49,210 nucleotides of DNA from an uncultured Puniceicoccaceae bacterium (GTDB taxonomy: Bacteria; Verrucomicrobiota; Verrucomicrobiia; Opitutales; CAZYUX01). Shown in pieces: positions 34,665 through 46,456 of this stretch (position 1 is the stretch's first letter; each line of letters starts with the position of its first letter). The position numbers were made by a program, and so were the translations under genes. The stretch covers positions 1 to 49,210 of the forward strand of contig CAZYUX010000001.1 in NCBI GenBank assembly GCA_964650745.1. The letters run 5' to 3'. The notes beneath the pieces were generated by a model that saw only the letters and a program-made list of their open reading frames with translations, did not search any database and had not been told where the DNA came from.

Positions 34665-35429
34665 ATGGTCGAATTTTTTGACACGTGTGTGAGCCTTGGG
34701 CGCGCGCGCGCGCCGGATCCGCCGGGCGGCTTTCATGGTGTGAGCGGCTTGGAAGCCATGATGCGGCGGCATCATATCACCCGGGCCGCGGCCGGGCATG
34801 CCGTCGCGATGGAAGCTTCTCCCGGGCTGGGGCATGAAATGCTGCAAAAAGAGCTGGCGGGGAAAAAGAATTTGCTTCCGGCCTGGCATCTCATGCCGCA
34901 TGTCAGCTCCCGGATTGAAAGAGCTGTCACGGATCCGGCGGAGTTTTTATTGAATCACGTGGCCCTTGGCCGCGTGGACGCTTTGGATTTCTGCCAGGGG
35001 AAAGGGGATCAAGCCTGCTTCGCGCCGGTGCTGGAGGCTTGCCAGGCCGCGGGGCTGCCGGTTTTTCTGGACTTCCGGCGGCAAGGGGACGTGCCGGCTT
35101 TCGACTTCGGCATATGCGGGCGCTGGCCCGGCATCCCGTTCGTCATCGAAGGCTTTGGCGGCTATCCGCTCCACCGCGTTGTCTGGTGCCTGCGCAACTA
35201 TCCCAACTGCTACCTGTCCACGGTTGGGTTCTCGGTTTACCGCAGCGTGGAACTGATCTGTGAACTGGCGGGAGCGCGCAAAATTATTTTTGGGAGCAAT
35301 TGGCCGGCCTCGCCGCCGGGCATGGCCCAGGGTTTGGTGCTCTTCGCGGACATCGGCGCCGCCGCCCGGCGGCAAATCGCGTCCCGCAATTTCGAGCGCC
35401 TGCTCCCGCGGAAAGATTTCAGCTTATGA
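34665..35429 (+). CDS. Amidohydrolase-2-fold paralogue that lacks the metal ligands (probable pseudoenzyme)
   Basis: The protein is collinear with the downstream gene, but every ligand position is changed. 'FFDTCVSLG' stands where HxH is expected, 'FVIEGFGG' where His is expected, and 'IIFGSNWP' where GSD is expected. Confidence 0.55.
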   Translation: MVEFFDTCVSLGRARAPDPPGGFHGVSGLEAMMRRHHITRAAAGHAVAMEASPGLGHEMLQKELAGKKNLLPAWHLMPHVSSRIERAVTDPAEFLLNHVALGRVDALDFCQGKGDQACFAPVLEACQAAGLPVFLDFRRQGDVPAFDFGICGRWPGIPFVIEGFGGYPLHRVVWCLRNYPNCYLSTVGFSVYRSVELICELAGARKIIFGSNWPASPPGMAQGLVLFADIGAAARRQIASRNFERLLPRKDFSL

Positions 35430-36232
35430 GCGCCGGGAAAGACGATATTCTTGAAGACTTCCTCGAAGGCGGGCCTTTGTCCCGCGCGGATGTGGTTGAC
35501 TGCCACTCCCACCTCGGCCCGGCGCTTTACATGCAGGCGCCGGACGCGGACGCCGGTTCTCTCGTGCGATATCTGGACGCCCTTGGTGTTTCCATGGCCT
35601 GTGTTTCGCATTCCGTGGCGATGGTCAGCGACTGGCGGACGGGCAACTCGTTGTTGATAGACGCCGTGCGGCGGCATCCCGAACGCGTCTTCGGCTACGC
35701 TTTTTTCAATCCCCGTTATCCCGGCGAAATGCCCGCCGAAATGGAACGGTGCGCCAAGGAAGGCCTTCAGGGGCTGAAAATCCATCCTGATTTCCACCGC
35801 GTTCCGGCGGATTCGCCACTGTATGATCCGGTCTACGAAAAGGCGCGGGAAGAGGGGCGCATCCTGCTCTGCCATTACGGAGCGGGGCCGGGACGGTTCG
35901 CCGGGGCTCATCTCTACCGCGAAGTTGTCCGGCGGTTTCCGGACATCACTTTCATCATGGCCCACAGCCTGCCGGGCCGGGAAGCCGTGGATTTGGCCGC
36001 CGAATATTTCGGGGAAAACCCCAAGGTGCACTTTTGCCTGGCGAACGCTTTTCAGCCGGGTGTTATTGAGTACGCCTGCGAGCGTCTGGGACCGGAGCGG
36101 CTGCTCTACGGATCGGACGGCTGCTGGGGCGCCATGTCCACGCGCCTCGGCCTGGTCTGCGCCTGCTCTCTGCCCCCCGGCGTCAAACGCCGGATCCTGG
36201 GCCTGAACATGCGGCGGCTGACCGGGCAGTAA
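35426..36232 (+). CDS. Amidohydrolase-2 family metal-dependent hydrolase
   Basis: 'VVDCHSHLG' (HxH), 'LKIHPDF', 'FIMAHSLPG' and 'LLYGSDGC'. The start is at Met 43 of track ORF 35300..36232 and overlaps the upstream stop (ATGA). Confidence 0.75.
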   Translation: MSAGKDDILEDFLEGGPLSRADVVDCHSHLGPALYMQAPDADAGSLVRYLDALGVSMACVSHSVAMVSDWRTGNSLLIDAVRRHPERVFGYAFFNPRYPGEMPAEMERCAKEGLQGLKIHPDFHRVPADSPLYDPVYEKAREEGRILLCHYGAGPGRFAGAHLYREVVRRFPDITFIMAHSLPGREAVDLAAEYFGENPKVHFCLANAFQPGVIEYACERLGPERLLYGSDGCWGAMSTRLGLVCACSLPPGVKRRILGLNMRRLTGQ

Positions 36233-36259
36233 GGGTTCCCGGTTTGAAACCGGCTGTTA

Positions 36260-36853
36260 TCAGGCGTCCGCCGCCGCCGGTTTTCGCCCGACGGCAATGG
36301 TGTCGTAGGCTTTTTCCACGGGGAAGCCCAGTCTTCCAAAGGTTCGCATCATGAAACGGCGCCTCCACTTTTGCCGGACCAGAGAGGTTCCCGGGATGGC
36401 CCACCGGCAGCCCGGCATTTCCAGCGACTCGCATTTGCAGAGTGCCGTTTCCAGGCCCGCCTCGTCAAACAAAGCCCTCATGGCCTCGGGATAGACCCGC
36501 CAGCAGTCCACTGGATGCGGGTGGTAACGGAAACTGGCGGGCGCAATCGTGATCACGTGCCCGCCGGGCTTGCAGACGCGGGCCAATTCGCCGATCCACG
36601 CCCATATCCGTTTGACATGTTCGAGCACTTGCGCCGCGAAGACGATGTCATACGCCCCGCTGGCGACGGGGTAGTTGTATTCCGGCGCGGATGGAAATGT
36701 CAGTCCCGGTTCGTCCGTGATGTCCAGGGTATGCCATGTTCCCGTTTCGCCCCGCGCCATTTTTCTGTAGCCTGACGGGTTTCCGTCCGGCCCGATTTCC
36801 AGCACGCGCAATCCTGTCCGGAAATATTTCAGGGCGTATTTCCGGAATAACAT
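36260..36853 (-). CDS. Class I SAM-dependent methyltransferase
   Basis: 'LRVLEIGPDG', 'YDIVFAAQVLEHV' and 'CKPGGHVITIAP'. The start is at Met 81 of track ORF 36260..37093. The longer form would overlap the secA 3' end. Confidence 0.8.
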   Translation of the reverse strand: MLFRKYALKYFRTGLRVLEIGPDGNPSGYRKMARGETGTWHTLDITDEPGLTFPSAPEYNYPVASGAYDIVFAAQVLEHVKRIWAWIGELARVCKPGGHVITIAPASFRYHPHPVDCWRVYPEAMRALFDEAGLETALCKCESLEMPGCRWAIPGTSLVRQKWRRRFMMRTFGRLGFPVEKAYDTIAVGRKPAAADA

Positions 36854-37004
36854 TTCACTGTTAGGATGCAACGGCGCCTCCTTCCTGTTCCGCAGGCCGC
36901 GTGAAACGGGGGCCGGGGAGCTTCTCTGACGTGTTGGTTCGCATAATTGAAGATGAGCGGAGGGGTCATCGGACTGTGGCGCGTCCGTATTGGCGGCGTT
37001 CCGG

Positions 37005-40037
<3,033 letters not shown>

Positions 40038-40163
40038 ATAAAAATTGGGAGAGTTAGACTATGAGGCGGCGGTTCCGCGCCGTCAAGAGGTTGAATGCGC
40101 TTTAGGCAGCATGTCCGCCATGGCCGGAGAGCCAAGCCGACAGGCTTTCCGGGCGGGTGCGGG

Positions 40164-41099
40164 TTAGCGGGGAGCCGGAATTTCTCTGAAATAAGCGATG
40201 GCGTGTTTCAGTCCGGTGTCCAGGTCTACACGGGGTTCCCAGCCGAGGTGTTTTTTGGCCTTGGAAATGTCCGGCCGGCGCTGGAGGGGGTCGTCCTCGG
40301 GAAGGGGCCGGCGCGTGATTTTGGAGGAGCTGTCTGTCAGGCTGATGATTTTTTCGGCCAGCTCCATGATGGTGAATTCACAAGGGTTGCCCAAATTGAC
40401 CGGTCCGGTTGTTTCTTCCTGTTGCATTAAACGGACCAGGCCTTCGACCAGATCATCCGCATAACAAAACGATCGGGTCTGGGCGCCGTCCCCGTAAATC
40501 GTCAAATCCTCGCCCCGCAGGGCCTGGACGATGAAATTCGAGACGACGCGCCCGTCTCCCGGATGCATCCTCGGCCCGTAGGTGTTGAAGATGCGGGCCA
40601 CCCGGATGTCCACCTTGTTTTCCCGGTGGTAGTCGAAAAAAAGCGTCTCGGCGCAGCGTTTCCCTTCGTCATAACAGGCGCGGATGCCTATTGGGTTGAC
40701 GTGGCCCCGGTAGTCTTCGGTTTGGGGATGGACTTCGGGGTCGCCGTAAACTTCCGAGGTGGAGGCTTGCAGGATTCTGGCTTTGACGCGTTTGGCAAGG
40801 CCCAGACAGTTGATGGAGCCCATGACCGAGGTTTTCACGGTCTTGATGGGATTGTATTGATAGTGGACGGGCGATGCCGGGCAGGCCAGGTTGTAGATTT
40901 GATCCACTTCCACTTTAAACGGGTCCACGATGTCGCGCCGGACAAACTCGAAATAGGGATTGCCCAGCAGATGCCGGATGTTGTTTTTCGAGCCGGTAAA
41001 AAGGTTGTCCAGGCAAATGACGTCGTGCCCGTCCCGCAACAAGCGGTCGCACAGGTGGCTGCCTAAAAACCCGGCTCCTCCAGTGACTAATATGCGCAT
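40164..41099 (-). CDS. UDP-glucuronate decarboxylase (UDP-xylose synthase), SDR family
   Basis: '[20 protein letters not shown]', '[17 protein letters not shown]', '[10 protein letters not shown]', 'YDEGKRCAE' and '[10 protein letters not shown]'. The start is at Met 82 of track ORF 40164..41342. Confidence 0.92.
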   Translation of the reverse strand: MRILVTGGAGFLGSHLCDRLLRDGHDVICLDNLFTGSKNNIRHLLGNPYFEFVRRDIVDPFKVEVDQIYNLACPASPVHYQYNPIKTVKTSVMGSINCLGLAKRVKARILQASTSEVYGDPEVHPQTEDYRGHVNPIGIRACYDEGKRCAETLFFDYHRENKVDIRVARIFNTYGPRMHPGDGRVVSNFIVQALRGEDLTIYGDGAQTRSFCYADDLVEGLVRLMQQEETTGPVNLGNPCEFTIMELAEKIISLTDSSSKITRRPLPEDDPLQRRPDISKAKKHLGWEPRVDLDTGLKHAIAYFREIPAPR

Positions 41100-41303
41100 G
41101 GGCCGATGCTTTATTCGGAACGGAGGCGGTTTGTAAACAAGAAAAATCCGGTTGCCGCCGCCATGTATGGCGGGAAGCCCGTGAACGGGCCTTGGCAGGC
41201 GGTATTTTATCTGGCCCGCGCTATTGTCATAACGGTTTTGCTGAAAACAAGTATATTTCCTTTTAGAGAAACGCGGACCGCGGCGGCGGGCGGGCGCCAA
41301 ATT

Positions 41304-41333
41304 AAAAAACGCCGGGCTTGACCGGCGCTTTTT
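41304..41333 (-). terminator. Intrinsic terminator with a bidirectional look, downstream of the small DNA-binding protein gene
   Basis: 'AAAAAA-CGCCGG-gcttga-CCGGCG-c-TTTTT'. The minus-strand reading gives a hairpin followed by a T6 run, about 30 nt after the stop at 41363. Confidence 0.6.
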
Positions 41334-41362
41334 AAGACACAATTTGCAGCGGGCTTGGATCG

Positions 41363-41740
41363 CTATTTCATTTTGTCGTATTTGCCTTTCATGACGTTGG
41401 TCACCACGGCATAGCTGATGCCGAAATCTTTTGACACAGCCATTTTGGACTTGCCGCCTTTGACCGCTTTTTTAATGTCGTTGCGCAGTTGGGGGGTGAC
41501 TTTCGTGCGCTTGCGCGCGCCTCCGGCGGCTGCGCGTGCCGCGCCGAGGCGCAGGTTGTACCTGTTAATCAGCGCTTTTACCAAGGCGCGCGGCGTGTTA
41601 TAGCCGCTCGTTTCGAAAATTTTGTCGAGCTTGGCGTCTGCCGCGCGTTCTTTTTCCATTTTGGCTTCCAGTCTGGCCCTTCGTTTTTCCAGCCTGGATT
41701 GAGCCTTGTCAATTTCTTTTAATTTCTTTCGATTATCCAT
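41363..41740 (-). CDS. Small basic coiled-coil plus C-terminal helix-turn-helix protein (architecture like a nucleoid-associated H-NS protein)
   Basis: The N-terminus is a charged heptad-like helix '[38 protein letters not shown]'. A basic linker 'GGARKRTKV' follows. The C-terminus is HTH-like: '[24 protein letters not shown]'. Confidence 0.6.
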   Translation of the reverse strand: MDNRKKLKEIDKAQSRLEKRRARLEAKMEKERAADAKLDKIFETSGYNTPRALVKALINRYNLRLGAARAAAGGARKRTKVTPQLRNDIKKAVKGGKSKMAVSKDFGISYAVVTNVMKGKYDKMK

Positions 41741-41768
41741 ATTTAGTTGATTTTTGTGTTTTATAAGG

Positions 41769-41788
41769 TTCAGTTTTCACAAACTGAA
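41769..41788. promoter_or_regulatory. Perfect palindrome upstream of the small DNA-binding protein gene (candidate operator)
   Basis: 'TTCAGTTT-tcac-AAACTGAA' has 8-bp arms. It lies 29 to 48 nt upstream of the start at 41740, inside an AT-rich island. Confidence 0.35.
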
Positions 41789-41953
41789 AGCATTAAAAAG
41801 GGGTTAATTTTGAAGAAATCAATAAAAAAATAATAAACCGGTTGATTTCATATATATGCTGAAAACGTTTTCTTATGGCTTCCCCGTCCCGGAGGCGGGG
41901 GATATGCTTATAGACTTGACGGGTGACCGGATTATGCCACCATAAGTTTATTC

Positions 41954-42523
41954 ATGCTGCTGGTGATTGATAATTTTGATTCCTTCACTTACAATCTGGT
42001 GCAATACTTCGGCCTTTTGGGGCAAACGCCAAGGGTGTTCCGCAATAATGAGATCACCGCCCGGGAAGCCGAAGCGATGAATCCGGAGCGGGTGGTGATC
42101 TCTCCCGGCCCTTGCACGCCTGACGAGGCCGGAGCCAGCTTGGAGATCATCGGGGCGTTCGCGGGCAAGCGGCCCGTTTTGGGAGTCTGCCTGGGGCACC
42201 AATGCATTGGGCAGCATTTTGGCGGGCGCGTGGTCCGTGCCGGGCGCCTGATGCACGGCAAAACCTCGCCAGTGGATCACGACGGATCAGGGCTGTTCCA
42301 AGGGCTTCCCAACCCCTTTGGCGCCACGCGTTACCACTCGCTTCTGGTCGAGCCTGAATCCTTTCCGGATTGCCTGCGGGTGACCGCGCGCACGCGGGAA
42401 GGGGAAATCATGGGGTTGCGGCACTGCCAGTGGCCGGTTTTGGGGGTTCAATTCCACCCCGAATCTCTGGCCACGGAACACGGCCTCAAGCTGCTGGAGA
42501 ACTTTCTGGCGCTGGAGGGCTGA
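41954..42523 (+). CDS. Glutamine amidotransferase subunit of anthranilate / aminodeoxychorismate synthase (TrpG/PabA type)
   Basis: '[18 protein letters not shown]', 'ISPGPCTP', '[10 protein letters not shown]' (catalytic Cys) and 'GVQFHPES'. Confidence 0.93.
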   Translation: MLLVIDNFDSFTYNLVQYFGLLGQTPRVFRNNEITAREAEAMNPERVVISPGPCTPDEAGASLEIIGAFAGKRPVLGVCLGHQCIGQHFGGRVVRAGRLMHGKTSPVDHDGSGLFQGLPNPFGATRYHSLLVEPESFPDCLRVTARTREGEIMGLRHCQWPVLGVQFHPESLATEHGLKLLENFLALEG

Positions 42524-42541
42524 TTCTGCGTTTTTCCGCGG

Positions 42542-42979
42542 ATGCGCTGTCCCAAATGCAATACAGGCCAAACCCGGGTGGCGGATTCCCGGCTGGCCAG
42601 GAACGGCCTGCTCATCCGCCGCCGCCGCCAGTGCGGGGCGTGCGGCCACCGTTTCAGCACCTTGGAACAGATTGTGCGGGAGGGGCTGATGGTGAGCAAG
42701 AGGGACGGGCGGCGCGAGCCTTTTGAGCGGGAAAAGATGCTGCGGGGCGTCCGGCGCGCCTGCGAAAACCGGCCGGTGGACCCGGAGCAGTTCGACATGC
42801 TTGTTTCAAATCTTCTGGCGGATTTGCAAAACCAGCCCGGCACGGAAATATCCAGCGCGAAAATCGCGGAAATTATCATGGGCGCGCTAAAAAAAATTGA
42901 CCCCGTCGCCCATGTGCGTTTCGCTTGCGCCTACAAGGAATTTCGCGAGGCTGGGCTTCGTTCCGGAAGCGACCGATGA
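42542..42979 (+). CDS. nrdR: Transcriptional repressor NrdR
   Basis: The zinc ribbon is 'MRCPKCNTGQTRVADSR...RRRRQCGACGHRFST'. The ATP-cone is 'VSKRDGRREPFEREKMLRGV'. Confidence 0.95.
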   Translation: MRCPKCNTGQTRVADSRLARNGLLIRRRRQCGACGHRFSTLEQIVREGLMVSKRDGRREPFEREKMLRGVRRACENRPVDPEQFDMLVSNLLADLQNQPGTEISSAKIAEIIMGALKKIDPVAHVRFACAYKEFREAGLRSGSDR

Positions 42980-43452
42980 GAGACACGCAACCAGAAGAGC
43001 TGGCCAAACTGCACTGCCTGCGGCACCTGTTTGGCTTGTCCGCGGGTGAAGACAGCTATCTGGCCGATCAAATCAGGAAAGCCATAGAGCGCGCGCTTAC
43101 CGGCTCGGAGGACGGCCCGGCGCCCTTGTCCCGTTTTATGGAGACAGCGCTTCGGCTGTGTGAAGCCCAGCGGGCGGCGCGCCCGTCCCGCGGCCTTTAC
43201 CACCTCGACTTGCGGGGGGGCCCGTTCGATCCGCTGTGGGCCCGCCAGGAACTGCTCAAAGCCCTCCGGCACCTGTCCGGCCGCGGTTCCGCTTTGCTGC
43301 TTGTGACCGGTTTGCGCGGCGCGCTTCAAGGGCGGGGCCGTTATTGGACGCGCCGCCGCCGGGAGCGCCACCGGCGGGCGGTGCAATACATTGACCAACT
43401 GGCGTCCCGCTGGGCCGCTCCCCGCGGTGTGCTGACCATCCTTTACCTTTAA
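42976..43452 (+). CDS. Hypothetical protein, translationally coupled to nrdR, with weak Smr-like features
   Basis: The start at Met 18 of track ORF 42925 overlaps the nrdR stop (ATGA). 'YHLDLRGGPF...LLKALRHL..GSALLLVTGLRG' loosely resembles the Smr 'LDLHG ... IIHGKG' layout, with the His residues replaced. Confidence 0.45.
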   Translation: MRDTQPEELAKLHCLRHLFGLSAGEDSYLADQIRKAIERALTGSEDGPAPLSRFMETALRLCEAQRAARPSRGLYHLDLRGGPFDPLWARQELLKALRHLSGRGSALLLVTGLRGALQGRGRYWTRRRRERHRRAVQYIDQLASRWAAPRGVLTILYL

Positions 43453-43459
43453 TCTCACG

Positions 43460-43804
43460 ATGATGGAAAAAACCGTTTTTCAAAAAATTCTGGACAGGGA
43501 AATCCCGGCGGAAATCGAATACGAGGACGAGCACTGCTTCGTCATCCGCGACATTAATCCGCAAGCGCCCGAGCACCTGCTTATCATCCCGAGGAAGCCG
43601 GTCATCCGCCTGTCGGAGGCGGAGGATGGCGAGCAGGCGCTGCTGGGCCGGCTGCTGCTGGCCGCCCGTGACGTGGCCGCGAAACTGGATTTCAAAGAAG
43701 GTTTCCGGGTGGTCATCAACAACGGCCCGCGCGGGGGCGAGAGCGTCCCGCACCTGCACGCGCATTTGCTGGCCGGGCGGCAGATGGCGTGGCCGCCGGG
43801 TTGA
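43460..43804 (+). CDS. HIT-family (histidine triad) nucleotide-binding protein
   Basis: 'VFQKILDREIPAEIEYEDEHCFVIRDINPQAPEHLLIIPRK' and the triad 'VPHLHAHLL'. Confidence 0.93.
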   Translation: MMEKTVFQKILDREIPAEIEYEDEHCFVIRDINPQAPEHLLIIPRKPVIRLSEAEDGEQALLGRLLLAARDVAAKLDFKEGFRVVINNGPRGGESVPHLHAHLLAGRQMAWPPG

Positions 43805-43860
43805 CGCGCGGCGGCCGGCCGCAACCGTTGCGGCGGAGGGCTTGACAAAACGGCGGGAAT

Positions 43861-43886
43861 GAAAATTAGCTTGCGGGGCAATTTTC
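43861..43886. promoter_or_regulatory. Inverted repeat upstream of feoA (candidate metal-regulator operator)
   Basis: 'GAAAATT-agcttgcggggc-AATTTTC' has 7-bp arms. It starts 14 nt after a 'TTGACA' hexamer (43842..43847) and lies about 50 nt upstream of the feoA start. Confidence 0.3.
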
Positions 43887-43936
43887 CTTGAGCTAAACTC
43901 ATCCCATACGAAGAACCAGCCGGTTGAACTTATCCG

Positions 43937-44164
43937 ATGCAGAATTTGAGCCAGCTCGCCCGGGGGCAAACAGCCAAGGTTGTGGAGGTTAATTCCAACG
44001 CCGCGATCAGCCAGCGGCTGATGATATTGGGGCTGCTGCCAGGGGTCCGGGTCAAGGTTGTGCAGGTGGCTCCATTTGGTGATCCTATTATTGTGGAGTT
44101 CGGCCACCGGCGCGTCGGCCTGCGCCGTGCCGAAGCGGAGGGAGTGGGGATTGAGCGGGTTTGA
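43937..44164 (+). CDS. feoA: Ferrous iron transport protein A
   Basis: 'LSQLARGQTAKVVEV....ISQRLMILGLLPGVRVKVVQVAPFGDPIIVEF' (FeoA/SH3-like). Confidence 0.9.
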   Translation: MQNLSQLARGQTAKVVEVNSNAAISQRLMILGLLPGVRVKVVQVAPFGDPIIVEFGHRRVGLRRAEAEGVGIERV

Positions 44165-46421
44165 AGGAGAAAACCGCGCCGCCGGGCAACCGGCGCCAGC
44201 CGCCGCGGGCGCCGTCCAGGAAATTCCCGCGCCTTCGTGGCAAATCGCACTGATCGGCAACCCCAACACCGGAAAGACATCGCTCTTCAACCACCTGACG
44301 GGGCTGCGGCAGCGGGTGGCCAACTACCCCGGCATCACGGTGGAGAAAAAGACCGGGCTGTTGCGTTACCAGGAAATGGAGGCCCGGGTTATTGATTTGC
44401 CCGGCACTTACAGTTTGTCGGCTTCCTCGCCCGACGAGCGCATCGTGGTGGATGTTTTGTGCGGGAGGGTGTCCGGCATGGCGCCGCCGGATCTGGTGGT
44501 GTGCGTCATCGAGGCCGCGAATGTGCGGCGCAACCTTTATCTGGCTTCCCAAGTGGCCGAGTTGGGCCTGCCCATGGTTATTGTCCTGAACCTCTATGAC
44601 GAGGCGCGCAAACGGGGGCTGGCCATAGACTGCCGGGAACTTTCGCGGCGGCTGGGTGTGCCGGTGGTGCCAACTGTCGCCAAGAAAGGCGAGGGACTGG
44701 AAGAACTCAGGCGCGCGATCGCGGCGGCGCTTCGGGAACGCCCGGAGATGGCAAAAATCAAATGGCCCGGCGCCGTGGAGCAAGCTCTGGAGGAACTCCG
44801 CCGGGAGATTGAAAAGGACACGGGCGCCAGCCCGCGGAAGGCGGAATTGGAGCGGGTGCTGTTCGACTGCCATTCCGCTGTTCTGGACCGCTACGGACAG
44901 GCGCGGGACAAAGCCGAAGCCGTTCTGGAAAAAGCCCGGAGCCTGCTGCGCCAGGCCGGTTACAATCCGCTGGCCGCCGAGCCTTTGCTGCAATACGAGC
45001 ATTTGGACCGCCTGACAGAGGGCATCGTGGCGCCGGAGAAGGAAACCGCCGCCGGGGCCTCCGGTTCCATAGACCGGGTGCTGCTGCACCGGGGCTGGGG
45101 CATGGCGGTTTTCGCGGGGATGATGTACGTGGTTTTTCAGGTTGTTTACACGGGAGCCGGCCCCTTCATGACCTTTATCGAACGGGGCAAAGGGCTGCTC
45201 CAGCAAACCGCCGCCGCCCGTCTGGCCGGCGCCCCGCTGGCGCAAAGCCTGGTGGCCGACGGGATGATCGAGGGAATCGGCGCTTTCGTCATTTTTCTGC
45301 CTCAGATACTGATTCTCTTCTTCTTCATCGCCTTGCTGGAGGACACCGGCTATATGGCGCGGGCGGCGTTCCTGATGGACAAGCTTTTCAGCTGGTGCGG
45401 TTTGAGCGGGAGAAGTTTTGTGCCCTTGCTTTCGTGTTACGCCTGCTGCGTGCCGGGCGTCATGGCCTGCCGGACCATCGCCGAGCCGCGGGCGCGGCTG
45501 GCGACTATGCTGATCGCGCCGCTGATGAGCTGTTCGGCCCGGCTGCCCATTTATGTGCTGCTTATCGGGGCGTTTATAGAGCCGGCTTACGGGAGCTTTT
45601 GGGCGGGGTTCGCCTTATTCGCCATGCATTTCGTGGGTTTGGCCGTGGCGGTTCCCGTCGCGTGGCTGCTGGGGCGGATGCTCAAAACCCGCGCCCAGCC
45701 CTTTATCCTCGAACTGCCGCCCTACCGCACGCCGGATTTGCGCAACGTCTTTTTCCGCATGTGGGAGAGGGGGCGGGCTTTCGTCCGCACCGCCGGCACG
45801 GTCATTTTCATTATGACCGTGATCGTTTGGGCGCTGCTTTATTTTCCCCGGCCGCCGGAGCTGGCCCGGCAGGTCAAGGAAGAGTTCGCCGCCGAGGCGC
45901 GGGAAAGGGGGATGGACCCCGCCGAAATCAGCGCGCGCCTGGATGATCCCGGTTCCGGGTTGTCATCCGGGCTGGCGGCGCGGATAGACCGCGCTTATTT
46001 GAAGCAAAGTTACTTGGGCCGCGCCGGGCAGGTGTTGCAGCCGGTGTTCGATCCGGCTGGATTCGACTGGAAAATCACCGCGGGGGTGGCGGCCAGTTTT
46101 CCCGCCCGCGAGGTGATCATCCCGACGCTCGGGGTGATTTACAGTCTTGGCCGTGAAGTGGACGAAACTTCGGGCAGCCTGCGGCAGGCCATGAAGGCGG
46201 ACCGGTGGGCGGACGGTCCCCGCGCCGGGCGGCCTTTGTTTAACCTGCCCGCCGTCATCGCCCTGCTGGTTTTTTACGCTCTGTGTCAGCAATGCGGGCC
46301 GACACTCATCACCATCGCCCGCGAGAGCCGGTGGAGGTGGGCGCTCTTTTCCTTTGTTTACATGACCCTTCTGGCTTGGGGCGCGGCCGTGTTGTGCTAT
46401 CAAGTGGCGGCCTTCTTCTGA
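44151..46421 (+). CDS. feoB: Ferrous iron transporter FeoB (G-domain plus membrane permease)
   Basis: G1 is 'IALIGNPNTGKTSLFN', G3 is 'IDLPGTYSL' and G4 is 'VIVLNLYDE'. Multiple transmembrane segments and gate motifs follow. The start is inferred at a TTG preceded by 'GGAG', with a 14-nt overlap onto feoA. Track ORF 44058 starts further upstream, inside feoA. Confidence 0.9.
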   Translation: MSGFEGENRAAGQPAPAAAGAVQEIPAPSWQIALIGNPNTGKTSLFNHLTGLRQRVANYPGITVEKKTGLLRYQEMEARVIDLPGTYSLSASSPDERIVVDVLCGRVSGMAPPDLVVCVIEAANVRRNLYLASQVAELGLPMVIVLNLYDEARKRGLAIDCRELSRRLGVPVVPTVAKKGEGLEELRRAIAAALRERPEMAKIKWPGAVEQALEELRREIEKDTGASPRKAELERVLFDCHSAVLDRYGQARDKAEAVLEKARSLLRQAGYNPLAAEPLLQYEHLDRLTEGIVAPEKETAAGASGSIDRVLLHRGWGMAVFAGMMYVVFQVVYTGAGPFMTFIERGKGLLQQTAAARLAGAPLAQSLVADGMIEGIGAFVIFLPQILILFFFIALLEDTGYMARAAFLMDKLFSWCGLSGRSFVPLLSCYACCVPGVMACRTIAEPRARLATMLIAPLMSCSARLPIYVLLIGAFIEPAYGSFWAGFALFAMHFVGLAVAVPVAWLLGRMLKTRAQPFILELPPYRTPDLRNVFFRMWERGRAFVRTAGTVIFIMTVIVWALLYFPRPPELARQVKEEFAAEARERGMDPAEISARLDDPGSGLSSGLAARIDRAYLKQSYLGRAGQVLQPVFDPAGFDWKITAGVAASFPAREVIIPTLGVIYSLGREVDETSGSLRQAMKADRWADGPRAGRPLFNLPAVIALLVFYALCQQCGPTLITIARESRWRWALFSFVYMTLLAWGAAVLCYQVAAFF

Positions 46422-46456
46422 CCGGAGAGGACCGGCGGGCGTTTTCAGGCTGTAAT

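Noticed and set aside
43256-45245. Two large minus-strand ORFs (43256..44323 and 44088..45245) overlap the HIT, feoA and feoB genes.
   Set aside because: The plus-strand genes have unambiguous family motifs. The minus-strand products are Arg/Pro/Gly-rich junk.
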